NCBI GenBank assembly: GCA_051294375.1
Contig: CM119266.1
Span: 18,160,087-18,224,086 of the forward strand
Source: Paraspadella gotoi
Lineage: Eukaryota; Animalia; Chaetognatha
Reading direction: 5' to 3'
DNA: 64,000 bases
Below the pieces are notes generated by a model that was given only the letters and a program-made list of their open reading frames with translations, had not been told where the DNA came from and did no database searches. Positions 1-13,817 of this stretch are shown here, one piece after another. The position numbers were made by a program, and so were the translations under genes. The first letter of the stretch is position 1. Each line of letters starts with the position of its first letter.

Positions 1-1837
1 CGAGACGTTGCAGTCAACTCTAGTCGATCACATCAAACGGAAAATAACCAAAATTATGACGACGAAGGTAATAAGATTTACGATGATTAGATCTGAATCA
101 TCAAAACAGTGTACAGAGCGTTTTTGAAAAACTGAAACATTTTTAAACTAATAATTAGTTTCCTATTTGTCTAGAGTTTCTTAGTAAGTTTTACAGCTCC
201 AAATTATTCATATTTTTTTTCTTGTCAATATTTGGTTCATGGAAACATTTTTTTTCAAGGCAATCCTATACGTCAATAGAGAAAAAAAGAAAAGATAAGA
301 AATAAGAATATTGAAATTTAAAACAAAAATGAGTCTTCTAGCCCACGTGATGTAAACTAACGTTTCTATGACAACATTATTATTTTTCACTAACAACAAG
401 AGATCGTTGTAACTGAAAAGAGTAGTTCTACAGATAATGTGCCTCTTCTAGCTCGCAATATAGACCAATTACCTTTTTTAAGAACCCGGATCTCAACCAG
501 CGAAAATTTCTAATAATTAGACTATTAGCTATTTTCTCATAGTGTAATACTAAATTGATTTGTAAGAAACGCGAGAGAAAGCAAAAAAATTACGCCGTGT
601 AACACTACAAATGAAATACTCGTTAACCTGGACATACGATGTCATTCCAACAAATTAATTAGTTCATTTTTAGTTTTAGAGTATTAGAATTCACTTTCAA
701 TCTACCTTTACCTCTCTCTCACAGCTTTAACCATCGGTGTGAATGATTTTGATATTGTCAAATTAAATAAGTTGAAATGAGTGTTTTTCCCATATATTCT
801 CCAATATGAAATGAGGATTAAATTTTTTATACTTCAAGATATTCCCTTCGTTTCCTCTCTGTTCCCTCTCCTTTCTTCTTCTCATCTTGGCACAACAATT
901 ACTTACACTTGTTCCTTCTTTATTTTGTTCCTCTTCCACCCACTTCTTCTTTCTTTTTCCTCTCTTCCTCATCTCTCCCTCTTATCCTTTTACCCCTTTC
1001 TGCTTCTTCCTCTCCTCCTTCCCTATTTTCAGAACTTACTTTAGGCGATTTTGAAAACTCAGAGAGAGGAAATACATCGACTGCCCATGGTTGGAAAGAA
1101 CAGAAGAAAGAAAATAGGAGGAACAAAGCAAAGATCAGAAAACAGGACGGAATAGAAAGAAGCAAAAGAGAGTAGAAAGAAATAAGAACAGAAATTTAGA
1201 TACAGTCAGAAAGGAAAGCGTAGGAAAAAGAGAAAGAAAGAAAGAAAGGAAAGACAGAAAGAAAGCAAGAAAGAAGAAAAGAGAAGAAGACTAAGAAAGA
1301 AAAGAAAGAAAGAAAGTTGAAAGGAAAGAAAGAAAACGGAACCCAAAAATCTCTCATTTCCCACCTAACATCTTTCATCTTTTCCTTTCCTCCTAAAAAG
1401 TACAGCGTACGTTGTTTTAACAGAACGGATTTCCCATCATCCCGATTCGTTATACAGAGCGCGGCTGTAATACTTTTTCGCACTTTGAAAAAAAATTATT
1501 ACGGAAACTTTTTTGTTTATTATTGAAATTTTAAGCGAAAGCTGGATGTTAATTTTGTTTTTTGAGAAGAGAAGAGAAATGCTAAAGATCTATCTCTCAC
1601 TCCTCTCTCTCTCTCTCTCTCTCTCATCTTCTCTCTCTCTCTTCTCTCTTCTCTCTCTCTCCCTCTCTTCTCTCTCTTGCTCCGCTCTCTCGTTCGTTTC
1701 TGCAACCTGAAATATGTGGCCAGCCATTTCGATCCTTGCAGGGGTGGCATTTCAAATTATGAATAAATGTTTACAGCGAAAGCTCTTTTGCTGCGCTAAA
1801 CAAAAATGGGAAGTATCAATGCAAATCTAGGAATCCC

Positions 1838-1877
<40 letters not shown>

Positions 1878-2120
1878 GCTCTCTTCTCGACAGCACCATC
1901 TAAGGATCTCTCTCTCTCTTCTTTTTCTCTCTCTCTCTCTCTTCTCTCCAGCAACATTCTAGGATCTCTCTCATCTCTCTTCTCTCTCTCTCTCTCTCTC
2001 TCTCTCATCTCTCTTTTTCTCTTCTCTCTCTCTCCGAGCACAACATTCTAGAGATCTCTCTCTGCCTCCTCTCTTTCTTTCTCTCTCTCCTCTCTCTCCT
2101 CTCTCTTCTCTCTCTCTTTC

Positions 2121-2161
<41 letters not shown>

Positions 2162-2374
2162 GATATCCTCTTCTCCTCCTATTATAACCATTAAAAAAAA
2201 ATTTACCGCTAAGTTTCTATTTACCCATAGGTTTTCTCATGTTTTTCCTCAAACACATTCAACCTGCTCTAACCATGCTCTCAACTTTAAACTTTCAACA
2301 TGTCTCTTCAGTCTTCACCATGTCATATACCTCAAAGCCTTCTCAAATCTCCGTTCACTTTGCCATGTCCTCAC

Positions 2375-3576
2375 CTGAATGGCCATTAGCGATTGAGGGC
2401 GATGTAAGAGTAAGGCGGTTCACCATGTCTTTCCTGCCGTCTGATGAATGGAAGGATTGTAGGGTCCGTAGCGTGAGGATGCACCGCGGGAGAGGTACGC
2501 ACTGTCAATTGATTGTCGAATTATTGTGAATTGATATGTAGAATTAAATGATATCTTTTATTCGATTAAACGGTTTGAATAAAATGAATCAGTGAACAGA
2601 CTAACAGCGAAAAAAATCAATGATAGACATGAAATTATGGAATGGATGACTAAAGATAAGACGAACGAATGAAACGAACGAACGACACGATCACGAACAA
2701 TCGAAAGCGAACGAACCCATCCAGTTCATCAAACGACACATGACAACCTAAAAAAATAATAAATTATTAAGAGGCTCGCTCACTCGCTCGCTCGCGAAAA
2801 CGCTGATCCGTTTTTTAATATCGGTCGGAGATTAGATATTTAAATGGAGATAAGGAAAAAAACAATATCTCAAGATTTCAAAAATAAAAAGCAACAAGAG
2901 AATTCGTGGGAGATTAAGATATTATCTCCTTCTTCGCTTCGGGGGATCTTTCTTCACCCCTTTGGGCCCCCCCCTGTGTTCTTGGGGTCTCGACTCACCC
3001 TACCACCCAATTCTCACCCGACCGCCTCAAACACCACACCTTTATCGTCTTTCTTTTTTTGTCTAAAATTTTTTCCTACCAATCTATCTCGACCAGTTCT
3101 TGATTGTTGTGTTGATCGTTTTGCTTCCTTAGGTTTGTCGTAGTTGTTTTCGCTCTTCTGTGCCTGTTTTTTTTTCATGAGTAATTTATTACTGAAATAC
3201 CGTACAAAAAAATACCAAAAAGTGTCATGAATATTAATAATATTTAACTATCTTAGCTTCCTGACTTGGAAATGATCAAATTGGTCATGCTATGAGCTAG
3301 GCCTTTATCTCGCAGCACACTAGTTTATATTAAATTAGTAATATAGTATCAGGTTTTGTTTTAAATCTTTACCACAAAAAAAAATGTATTTAGCTTAATT
3401 TTTTTTTTATTTTGCGTCGCCAAGGAAACTGACCTGGTCGTACAATCGGACCCATCATGGCCGCGTTTTGCCGCGTTGGCGACCGCTGATTGGATCGAGT
3501 GTCATTGTGCGGAGTTGACGCCATTGCCCGCCACCAGTAGCGCGCTCACTGGGAGAGGATTAGCCCGCCGTAAGCT
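2375..3576 (-). CDS. FoxC: Forkhead box protein C (FoxC), 5' partial; the rest of the gene probably lies left of the window
   Basis: Exon 2501-2375 (ttgacag acceptor, gtgagg donor) reads ...SRYGPY...KDMV(K)[14 protein letters not shown] once several 1-bp indels are allowed. [13 protein letters not shown] preceded by YGPY is the FoxC signature. An upstream GC-rich exon 3576-3434 (ttcag / gtcagt) is the probable N-terminal exon, frame uncertain. I found no downstream forkhead exon in 1-2370. Confidence 0.8.
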
Positions 3577-5565
3577 CTGAACGAGAGGGAAAAAGAAATG
3601 TGGAAATACAGCTTGTCATTGGGTCTGAGTTAAACGAAGATTATTATTAAAAAAGGGAAAGAATCTAATATATTCCTGATTTAATACTTGAGAGGAGAGT
3701 TCTTTAATAAATTGAACAGTCCTGTCAAAATGTTATACCACATCAATCCGCAGTTCATTGTAGTAGGCAAGTAGCTCTTTAGGAGCTAATAAACATCGAC
3801 TTAAGAAAGTCTTGATTGGAAAAGTCATTTCAGACGACTGCCTATGTCATTTATATTTATGAAGAATGAGGCCTGAGCCGCCAAAGCCTGTCTGAATTTG
3901 ATATTTTTTTTATTTATTGCATAATTGATAGTATTTTTTAATATTGAAATATTTGTAAAAGAAGTAGTATTAAAATCGCCGAATTCGAACGAAAATTACA
4001 CAAGAAAAAGAGAGAAAAGCGTAGTTGAACGATAAAATTAAACAAACATTAAATAAGAAGCAAAAGAATAATACAGCTTGAGGAATGACAACAGGAGTGT
4101 TTAAAAAATATTAAAGAATGTAAGAAATAAGGGGATAAAAATGGACGAGCATGAGAAATTAAGAGAAATGATTGAATATTTTCAGTTTTTTTTTTAAATC
4201 TCGATCACTCGATATCAAGTTGAATCTTCGTAAAATTTTGGAAACTTTTTTTTTTTTTTTACTTCCGGTGTTATTTCAATTTAAAGAGCATGCATATATA
4301 TATTTGATAAAAGATCTCATTGACTTCTCAATTTTCTAAAACTTTCACATTTAAGGAGAAAAAGACTCATTACTAATAAAAATACAAATAATAAATAAAT
4401 TAAATCATTCATTTCCACCTCAAGTAGTGAAACAGTTTTCCCAAAAAAAATCTCGTTGACAAGCCTGAAAGTTATTTCCCTTTCACTACATGCATAAATG
4501 TCATATTTTTCAAAACAAACTCAACTCTGTCCCTGGATTCTTTCTCTTCCTCAGTTTTTTTTTTTATATTTTCACAATCTATACTCTTTCTTCTCTTTTT
4601 TTTTTTTTTCTTTTCTTTCCCTCTTTCTTTCTTTCTCCTCTTTCTTTCTTTCTTTCTTTCTTTCTATTCTTTCTTTCTTTCTTTCTTTCTTTCTTCTTTC
4701 TTCACTTTCGCAGTTCAAATTCTTTTCTCCCCCCTTCTAAAGTTATCAACTTTTTTTCTAATTACCATCTGTTTCTTACTCTTTCTCTCTTCTCTCTCTC
4801 GCTCTCTCTCTAGAGCTCAAGACGAAGGCAAAGAAATTCGAATTCAGATCATTTCAAATTATTACAGATTTGATTACAATAGTATTTTATCGAAGAAAAG
4901 AAAAGAGAGAGAAACAAGAAAAAAAGACTTTTGTTCTTATTTTAAAATATAAAATGGAAAAAAAATTGATATCGAATTATTAAAAAAAGGCTAAAATCAA
5001 AATGACTAATTCTTAATTAGTAAATATTTGTTTTAAATTTGAAATTAAGTTCGATATATTAAAACAGATTAAGTCCCCCGCGGTCTTTCACGGGATTCGA
5101 CATTGTAGATTTTTTTACGAATCATGAATTTAATATTAATAGTCGTCTTTAATTCGTTCGTTCCGTCAATTCTATTATAGACCTTAATTTTTGTCTAAAG
5201 CTGGTTGACCGTGACGATTATTTTATAACGTTTATGCCCACAAACGGATAATTTTGCGTCATGGTTGTCAGACAGACAGTAATTTGATGTCGTTCATCCA
5301 GCTTAAATTTTGAAAAGCCGAGAGAGAGAGAGAGAGATGACAGAAGGAAAAGAGAGGAGAGAGAAGAAGAGAGAGAAAGGAGAGAAGAGAAGAGAGACGG
5401 AGAGAGAGAGAGAGAGAGAGAGAGGAGCAGGACCCCGAGAGGCTGAGTTAATCTCATTGCGTTACATGTTAACCCTGACCAACTTTTCAACTTTCAAATA
5501 GAATATTCTCTTTTTTTCTTTCTTCTTTCACTCTCGTCTTNNNNNNNNNNNNNNNNNNNNNNNNN

Positions 5566-5600
<35 letters not shown>

Positions 5601-8600
5601 CGTCACAGGGTAATAATAGTAAAAATTAAAATTAACCTCTTGTCTGTTCATTCGGTAGCGTGTAAATAAAAAATAAATCTATATAAAAACTACTTTGCTT
5701 TCAATTTTAAAAGTTATCACAAATACTTGCTTTGTGATAACAGGAGTTAGTGATTAATACAATGAAGCAATGAAGTTAGCTTACCTTCAAAATTGCTTAA
5801 TTGAGATCACAATTTGCTTTCTTACTCACCTCTCGGACTTTCTAAATTACGTTGTGATCGCTTCCTTGTTTAAGTTTAACGAGTAATTCAACTGATACAT
5901 TCATACGATTACAAAATTTATCAAAACTCAAAAAAGCGCGAATCGACTAATTACCACTTTTTTAATCAATAAAATTAATTGCCTAATATTTAAGTTTAAG
6001 CTCTGCCGTCTCATCCCGTAAAAAAATTACGCTTTAACGAAATAAAAAAGGAAAAAAAAAATTATTCCTGAAGACTGTAAATCCAATTATTGAATTTTTT
6101 CGGCTGTCAAACCCTCAATTTAGTTCAAAGGATTTCGCTCAACTTGTTTTCGAAGAAAATCCCCACAACAATGATAATTGATTTGTTGGCCGAAAAAAAA
6201 AAACTGTTTTCCACGTTTCGAAGGATATTGTGTTTGTGTGGTCTCAGATCTATCCGATCTTTTTTTTTTAGATAGTGCAAAAAAAATTAAATTAAAATCC
6301 TTCATCCCCAAATGATAATATTCTTTTAACTCGCTCGTGATGATCTATTAATGCAATAACTCAAATTTTTTTTTTAGTTGACGAACTTACTTCTCGACTC
6401 GCCTAAAAAAGTGGCTAATCCCTTTCGATAATCTTCTAAGGTCCCTTTCCTGAGAGAAGAGAGGAGAGGAAAAAAAGGAAAGGAATAAGGAAAGGCCAAN
6501 NNNNNNNNNNNNNNNNNNNNNNNNNNNNNNNNNNNNNNNNNNNNNNNNNNNNNNNNNNNNNNNNNNNNNNNNNNNNNNNNNNNNNNNNNNNNNNNNNNNN
6601 NNNNNNNNNNNNNNNNNNNNNNNNNNNNNNNNNNNNNNNNNNNNNNNNNNNNNNNNNNNNNNNNNNNNNNNNNNNNNNNNNNNNNNNNNNNNNNNNNNNN
6701 NNNNNNNNNNNNNNNNNNNNNNNNNNNNNNNNCTCTCTCTCTCTCTCTCTCTCTCATTAACTCTCATACTTTCCAAAAACGAGATTTTTACAATGATTAC
6801 GTTTCTAAAGTCATATCTGCATGGACAACAATATACGTAGTACCTTATATACAACAGCATTCTAATTGTTCTACAACAGCGAAGTATCTTTCGATTCCAT
6901 TCGTTTGTCTTTGCCTAAAAAAACCACCAACAATAAGCTATTTATGAGCCACAATAAGCCACTTAATACAGAGCCGTTTATAAGCCATCGTAAGCCACTT
7001 ATCGCCCACTTATTCCGTGTTTAAATCTTATCCGGGATTTTGGACAGACTGGAGAAGGTCAGTGGCTCTCTCTCTCTCNNNNNNNNNNNNNNNNNNNNNN
7101 NNNNNNNNNNNNNNNNNNNNNNNNNNNNNNNNNNNNNNNNNNNNNNNNNNNNNNNNNNNNNNNNNNNNNNNNNNNNNNNNNNNNNNNNNNNNNNNNNNNN
7201 NNNNNNNNNNNNNNNNNNNNNNNNNNNNNNNNNNNNNNNNNNNNNNNNNNNNNNNNNNNNNNNNNNNNNNNNNNNNNNNNNNNNNNNNNNNNNNCTCTCT
7301 CTTTCTCTTCCTGATCACAGTCAGTCATGGATTTCTCGCTTTAACTCTCTCTTTCTCTCTCTCGGTCACCCTCTAGAGTTTACCTCTCTTTTTCCCTTCT
7401 TTTCTTTTATTTCTTTACCTTTTTTGATCCCCACTATTTTTCTCTCCTAGTACTTTCAATGAATGAATAATATCCAGTCAATCAAGGCCTCCATCCCTCT
7501 TACAAAATTATACGTATTGTATTGATCAGGACCCTGCAAGCTTTTAAATAAAAATTCTCTCATAGTATAGTTAATAAATTGGCTTTCACATTAATATTTT
7601 CATGATCTGTTTCAATTTTACCATAGTTTTATCCAAATAGGAGGAGCTATTTCGTCACCCCTAACTAACCTCTATCTCCCTTCTATCCTCCTCCATTCCT
7701 CTCTATCCCACTTCTATCCTTATCTATCCTCCCCCCTGTCTGGATTCTCCGACTGATCCTCCGTCCAGATTCTTAAGGTCACAATGTCTCTTCCTTAATT
7801 CCAAATGAGGTGAGGATAATGNNNNNNNNNNTCTCTCTCTCTCTTTCTCTCTTTATCCCCGGGTGAGGTTCCGGATGCGTCGGGGATTTTCTCTTCTGAG
7901 GGTAANNNNNNNNNNNNNNNNNNNNNNNNNNNNNNNNNNNNNNNNNNNNNNNNNNNNNNNNNNNNNNNNNNNNNNNNNNNNNNNNNNNNNNNNNNNNNNN
8001 NNNNNNNNNNNNNNNNNNNNNNNNNNNNNNNNNNNNNNNNNNNNNNNNNNNNNNNNNNNNNNNNNNNNNNNNNNNNNNNNNNNNNNNNNNNNNNNNNNNN
8101 NNNNNNNNNNNNNNNNNNNNNNNNNNNNNNNNNNNNNNNNNNNNNNNNNNNNNNNNNNNNNNNNNNNNNNNNNNNNNNNNNNNNNNNNNNNNNNNNNNNN
8201 NNNNNNNNNNNNTCATGGTGCGATGAGATTGCTTTCTCTTCTTCCTCTTCCCCCTCTCATAGTAAACACCGTCCTTTCTCCTCTTCCTCAACCGATTATC
8301 AATGAGGCGCGAAATTCGAAACTCGAGATAAAAAAAGAAAGAAAAATCGATTCTGATGAAAAAAAAATGAAAACGCGATTTCCCGAAAATTAAGGCGTAA
8401 ATTGATTTCAGATCTTTTTCATAGAAAAATGAAAAATTTTAAAAAACTTCAAAACGAGCAATTTCGTTATAAAATACTTTTTCTAATTTACAGTTAATTT
8501 CTTTTGAATCATACATCAAAAACTTTTCTGCTTTTGTAAATCTAATCTTTATTGCCTCCTTTAATTTTATCTTCCCATCNNNNNNNNNNNNNNNNNNNNN

Positions 8601-9490
8601 NNNNNNNNNNNNNNNNNNNNNNNNNNNNNNNNNNNNNNNNNNNNNNNNNNNNNNNNNNNNNNNNNNNNNNNNNNNNNNNNNNNNNNNNNNNNNNNNNNNN
8701 NNNNNNNNNNNNNNNNNNNNNNNNNNNNNNNNNNNNNNNNNNNNNNNNNNNNNNNNNNNNNNNNNNNNNNNNNNNNNNNNNNNNNNNNNNNNNNNNNNNN
8801 NNNNNNNNNNNNNNNNNNNNNNNNNNNNNNNNNNNNNNNNNNNNNNNNNNNNNNNNNNNNNNNNNNNNTGTTTGAATGCTTTGAACGATGGCAACAACAA
8901 CAACAATGTCGACGACCAAAAAAAACAATAACAAAAAACAATAACTGTTTTTGTAAATAAACAAAAATCATTTTTAATCATAGGTTATATTTTGCCGAAA
9001 ACAATTATTAGGTTTGTGTATCTTATAATAAGACTTATTTCAGTTTATTTCTAAATAATTGTCGTTAAAAAAAACTTTTCTAACTCTGTTGTACTAAGTC
9101 ACGTAAAACTTTTGATTTATATTGGCTTTAGGCTGCCCGAGTGCCCGTAGATTGGAAATACACGGTTACATAACGACATTACTTAATGCTTATCCTTTAC
9201 GATCAGATAATTAATTCTTTAATTTACCCAGTAAAAAAGTCATTCATTTATTCATTATCATCCATCTCTTTCGCTTCATTTTGTTTTTGTTCATTTCTCG
9301 CTATTCATTTCTCTTTCATTCCTCCTTCTTCATCCTTCATTTCTCGTTGAGCATCCAAATTTATTTCAGCCTCCAAAAAATTCCTATCCCTGTTTTATGT
9401 TAGAAAATTCTCTCCGCTCCATTTTTTTATCCTGTTCTCTTCAAATTTGGAAGTTAACTGCTTTTAGATCTTGTAAACCCCAACTGAGGA

Positions 9491-9527
<37 letters not shown>

Positions 9528-9530
9528 AAA

Positions 9531-9563
<33 letters not shown>

Positions 9564-10108
9564 GAGAGAGTCGAAGAGAGCTCTGTCATCGGCTTTTTAA
9601 TTTCCTCATCTTTCTCTGCCTCTCCTCAGCTGGTGGCCAAAGAAACTTGAGATTGAACCCATTTCTGGAAAGCACCACCCTCTCTTCTAAAGGAGAGGGA
9701 GAGAGGGGGGAATGAGAGCCTAGCCCACTCAGGCACAACCACCAAGCCTGGGAGAGTGGTCTGAAAGCCTAACAGTTTTGGGCTGCTGTTGAGAAGGTGT
9801 AATTGAGAACTTATTACCCTAAACCATTAAATGGCAATTTGGTAACTTAAGCCACAAATAATGAAAAAAAAAAATTTACATACTCATAATTCATTTATTT
9901 ATTCATTCATTCATTGATTCATTCAGGTATTGATTCATTTATTCATTCATTCATTCATTCATTCATTCATTCATTCATTCATTCATTCATTCATTCATTC
10001 ATTCATTCATTCATTCTTGGTTTGAGGGTCTTCTGAATGTTTCTGTAAATCTTCTGGTAAATCTTTTCATTTTTTTCCTTATCTTCCCTTTTTTACATCT
10101 AAAATTAA

Positions 10109-10141
<33 letters not shown>

Positions 10142-11198
10142 NNNNNNNNNNNNNNNNNNNNNNNNNNNNNNNNNNNNNNNNNNNNNNNNNNNNNNNNNNN
10201 NNNNNNNNNNNNNNNNNNNNNNNNNNNNNNNNNNNNNNNNNNNNNNNNNNNNNNNNNNNNNNNNNNNNNNNNNNNNNNNNNNNNNNNNNNNNNNNNNNNN
10301 NNNNNNNNNNNNNNNNNNNNNNNNNNNNNNNNNNNNNNNNNNNNNNNNNNNNNNNNNNNNNNNNNNNNNNNNNNNNNNNNNNNNNAGAGCGGGAAAAAGA
10401 AATACGCTATGTTTTCTTTGACGTCAATTTGATTTATCGGCAAAATACAGGAAATTCGTTTAACAATATAATCGTTACGTGTTAACGTTTATCAAATCGA
10501 TCCAAGGTTGTCTTGTTGTACCCGATCTCGTTCACGCCGATATAGAAAAACAAAACCAAACGATGCGAATTTGTTAAGTATAAACTATAAACTTGTATTA
10601 ACTTGAGTGAACTATAATTAAATCGTTGGACAGCGGGCGTGAAAAAAAATATCGTAGTACCGATTCTCCAGACAAAAGGACGAGTCAGACTTTTTTTGGG
10701 GAGGGGTGGGTGGTTGGTGTAATTTGGATTTTTTCTCTTTCAATTCTTAACTTTTTCATTTTTTTTTTCATTTGGGCGAAAAGAATTCAGTAGATCATTT
10801 TTCTTCAGTTTTTTTTTTCTCTCTTCACTTTTTTCTCCTCATCGTCCTGCCTTTTCCTCCCTCCTTCTTCCCTCCCTCATTCCACCCCTCCCCTTCTCCC
10901 TCCGCCTCGGTCCCTCCCCGTTCTCTTTCCCCTTTATTTCTATTTTCTTTTAATTTTCCCCTTCCCCTTCTCAGTCCCTCTTCTTTTCCTCCCCAACCAT
11001 CCCGGTCCACCCCCTTTTCTCTGCTCTTTTTTACCCCGAACCTCGAGATAAATTCCTTATAACTGAGAAAAAAAAAAAAACCCATTTCAATGATAGTTTA
11101 ATTTTTGGCAACCGCAACGTGATAGAGAAAGGTCCCTATGCGTTTTAAATTCACTTAATCGCGTTAGTTAAGAAATTATTACATAACAAATATACCTT

Positions 11199-11598
11199 AA
11201 ACCACCAAAGCCTGCCAAAGTCAGGCAAGATAGTTATTATTAATGATGATAATTTTAATATTGGTTGTACCAATTTCATAAATTCAGCTCGTTTCTTGTA
11301 TTTTGATGCTAGGCGGAGTATACAATAAGTATTCCCGACTAATACTTAAGGGAGTGGGTCTTTCATACAATTGAACATTCTTTGAAATATTTTCCATTCA
11401 TTGATAGGGAAGCCAGGTAATCTGGGAGTTAAATAAACGGGACTGTGAGAGGTCTTTGTGAAAAGCTTTGCAGGGACCTGCTATGTAATACTTGTAAGAG
11501 TGTGGAGCCTTAAACCACCAAAGCCTTCCAAAGCAGGGGCAAGATAAGCTTATTATAAATGAATGATAATTTTATATGGTGTACCAATTCATAAACTG
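11199..11598 (+). repeat. Old dispersed roughly 200-bp repeat family (two adjacent copies)
   Basis: Core cttgtaag...ccaccaaagcct.tccaaagtcagggcaagatag...ttggttgtaccaatttcataa. Further diverged copies near 3750-3900, 7480-7570 (-), 23941-24130 (-), 56525-56670, 59206-59395 (-), 62509-62600. Confidence 0.7.
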
Positions 11599-11905
11599 AT
11601 CAAATATTTACACACTTTGCCGAGTCGATACAAGAATTCCATGCAGCTTTCGGTAACTAAATTGTAATTTGTAAATGGTGTTACTTTCACAGAAGATATT
11701 TACAATTTATTTACATTACAAATTTACAAAAAAAGAACAAACACTATACCTACAATATAAACAATAAACTATACAGAAGGAAACTTTTGGTCGCTCTCTT
11801 TCGTCGACGCGCGCTCAAGGTTTTTATGTACAGTAAACTGTTTAAACATGACTCTTTTACTACAGTGAATGTTGATTAATGAGTAGGAAAGTAAATTCGG
11901 CGGCG

Positions 11906-11936
<31 letters not shown>

Positions 11937-12428
11937 AAGGTAAGGACGACGACGACGACGACGACGAAAGGGAGATGAAAATAATGACCCAAATTTCTGT
12001 TTTTATTCGCGAAGTAAAAAGACATTTATCTCAACGAAGCGAATGTAATTTCTCCTTAAAAAAGAAATTAAAAAAAAAAAATTTTCTGTCGTTGTATTTG
12101 TTTAATTATTCATAATTAATAAATTTATTAAATTCGGTGGCTGACCGATCACAAATTTGGTAACAAGCTGTGACATGTAGCTGTCACTACCCGCTACCAT
12201 ACCAAGCTGATATTCAAAGTTGTTACATCCTAGTCGACTCGACTCGACCGAGCCTTGACAAAAATCCCCAATAATAAAATAGTACATAAAGATAATAAAA
12301 TGTTATTTTGATACAACGAACAACGATAAAGAGGGGAAAGATTCACAAAACGAACAAAATGACAACAATAACATTTATAAACAAAAATATTGAAAATTTG
12401 AATAACACCGACGGCGACGACGGCGACA

Positions 12429-12462
<34 letters not shown>

Positions 12463-12604
12463 AGATGATGACGACTGCACAGATTGAATGATAACAATAA
12501 CCTATCGCCAATGAATGATAACAAATCGCACAACCGAAGCAAAAACGACAACGATGAGGAAAAATTTAAAAAAAAAGTAAACGAAAACAGTTTGACTCGT
12601 TGAT

Positions 12605-12636
<32 letters not shown>

Positions 12637-13065
12637 NNNNNNNNNNNNNNNNNNNNNNNNNNNNNNNNNNNNNCCCCCCTTCTTAAAACAAGGCCGCGCT
12701 TGTATTTTGTTTACTTTACCTAATTTTTACTCTTAAAATTTCTGGGAAAAGAAAACAGAAGATGTGATAATTAAGTCGTCGAGTTGAATGTTTTTAAAAC
12801 TCACTCTCACTCTCTCTTACTCTCTCTGTCTCTCTCTCTCTCTTACTCTCTCTGTCTCTCTCTCCTACTCTCTCTGTCTCTCTCTCTTACTCTCTCTCTT
12901 TCTCTACCGAAATTTTAAATAAAGTAAAAAAAAAGAAAAAAGAAAAAAAGTCTTTAAAAAAATACTAATAAATCGAATTATTTTTTTTCCTCATTTTTTT
13001 CTTCATTCCCGATACAAAATGAGTCAAATGATGAGGATTTCATCTTTCGGTCGGTGAGGGCAACG

Positions 13066-13100
<35 letters not shown>

Positions 13101-13817
13101 AGTCAACGACGATGATGATTATTGTGATCCCATTTGATCTCACGACCTTTGAGCGCAATCGAATGCAATCACAAAGTCAAACTCGATTATTTAACGACGA
13201 CGACTACGACGACGAAGACGACGACGAGGACGACGACGAGGACGACGACGACGACGACGACGACGGTAGCAGTCAGAGATAACAAACTTCATGATTGAAG
13301 TCACCTTGAGACAAAAAGAAAAAAAAACGAAATCGAGGGGCGATTAGAAAACATCATTGGAAAACAACGACAACAATGTTGGCAAAAGAACTCACCAACT
13401 CAGCCCGCCACAATCCCGCCCCCCCAAAAAAAATCAAATCCTTCAATCTTCATTTTTAATTTTTGTAAATTTTGCACGTGAGGTCCTCGTTATTCATTTT
13501 GCCTTCAACGTCATTTTCTATTCTTCATTTTTGCTTCATTCTCAAATTTCCTTTAATTCTTTGTCTTTTCAGTATTTTTCTCACAACTTCCCCTTTCCTA
13601 TTTTTTTCCTTTTCTTCACTCACATCCGTGATTCTCACGCGCGTCGTTCGTTCACTCTTTCGCTTTCGACTCGAGATCACGCGGGGTCACATTCACGGGG
13701 TCAAAGACGTCACTGTGAATGACCCCCATTTCACGATTTGCGATTGAAAACGATTAACATCCGGGATTCGAACTCGGGACCTCGCGTGATCTCACGTCTC
13801 TAACGCGATCTCTCTCT

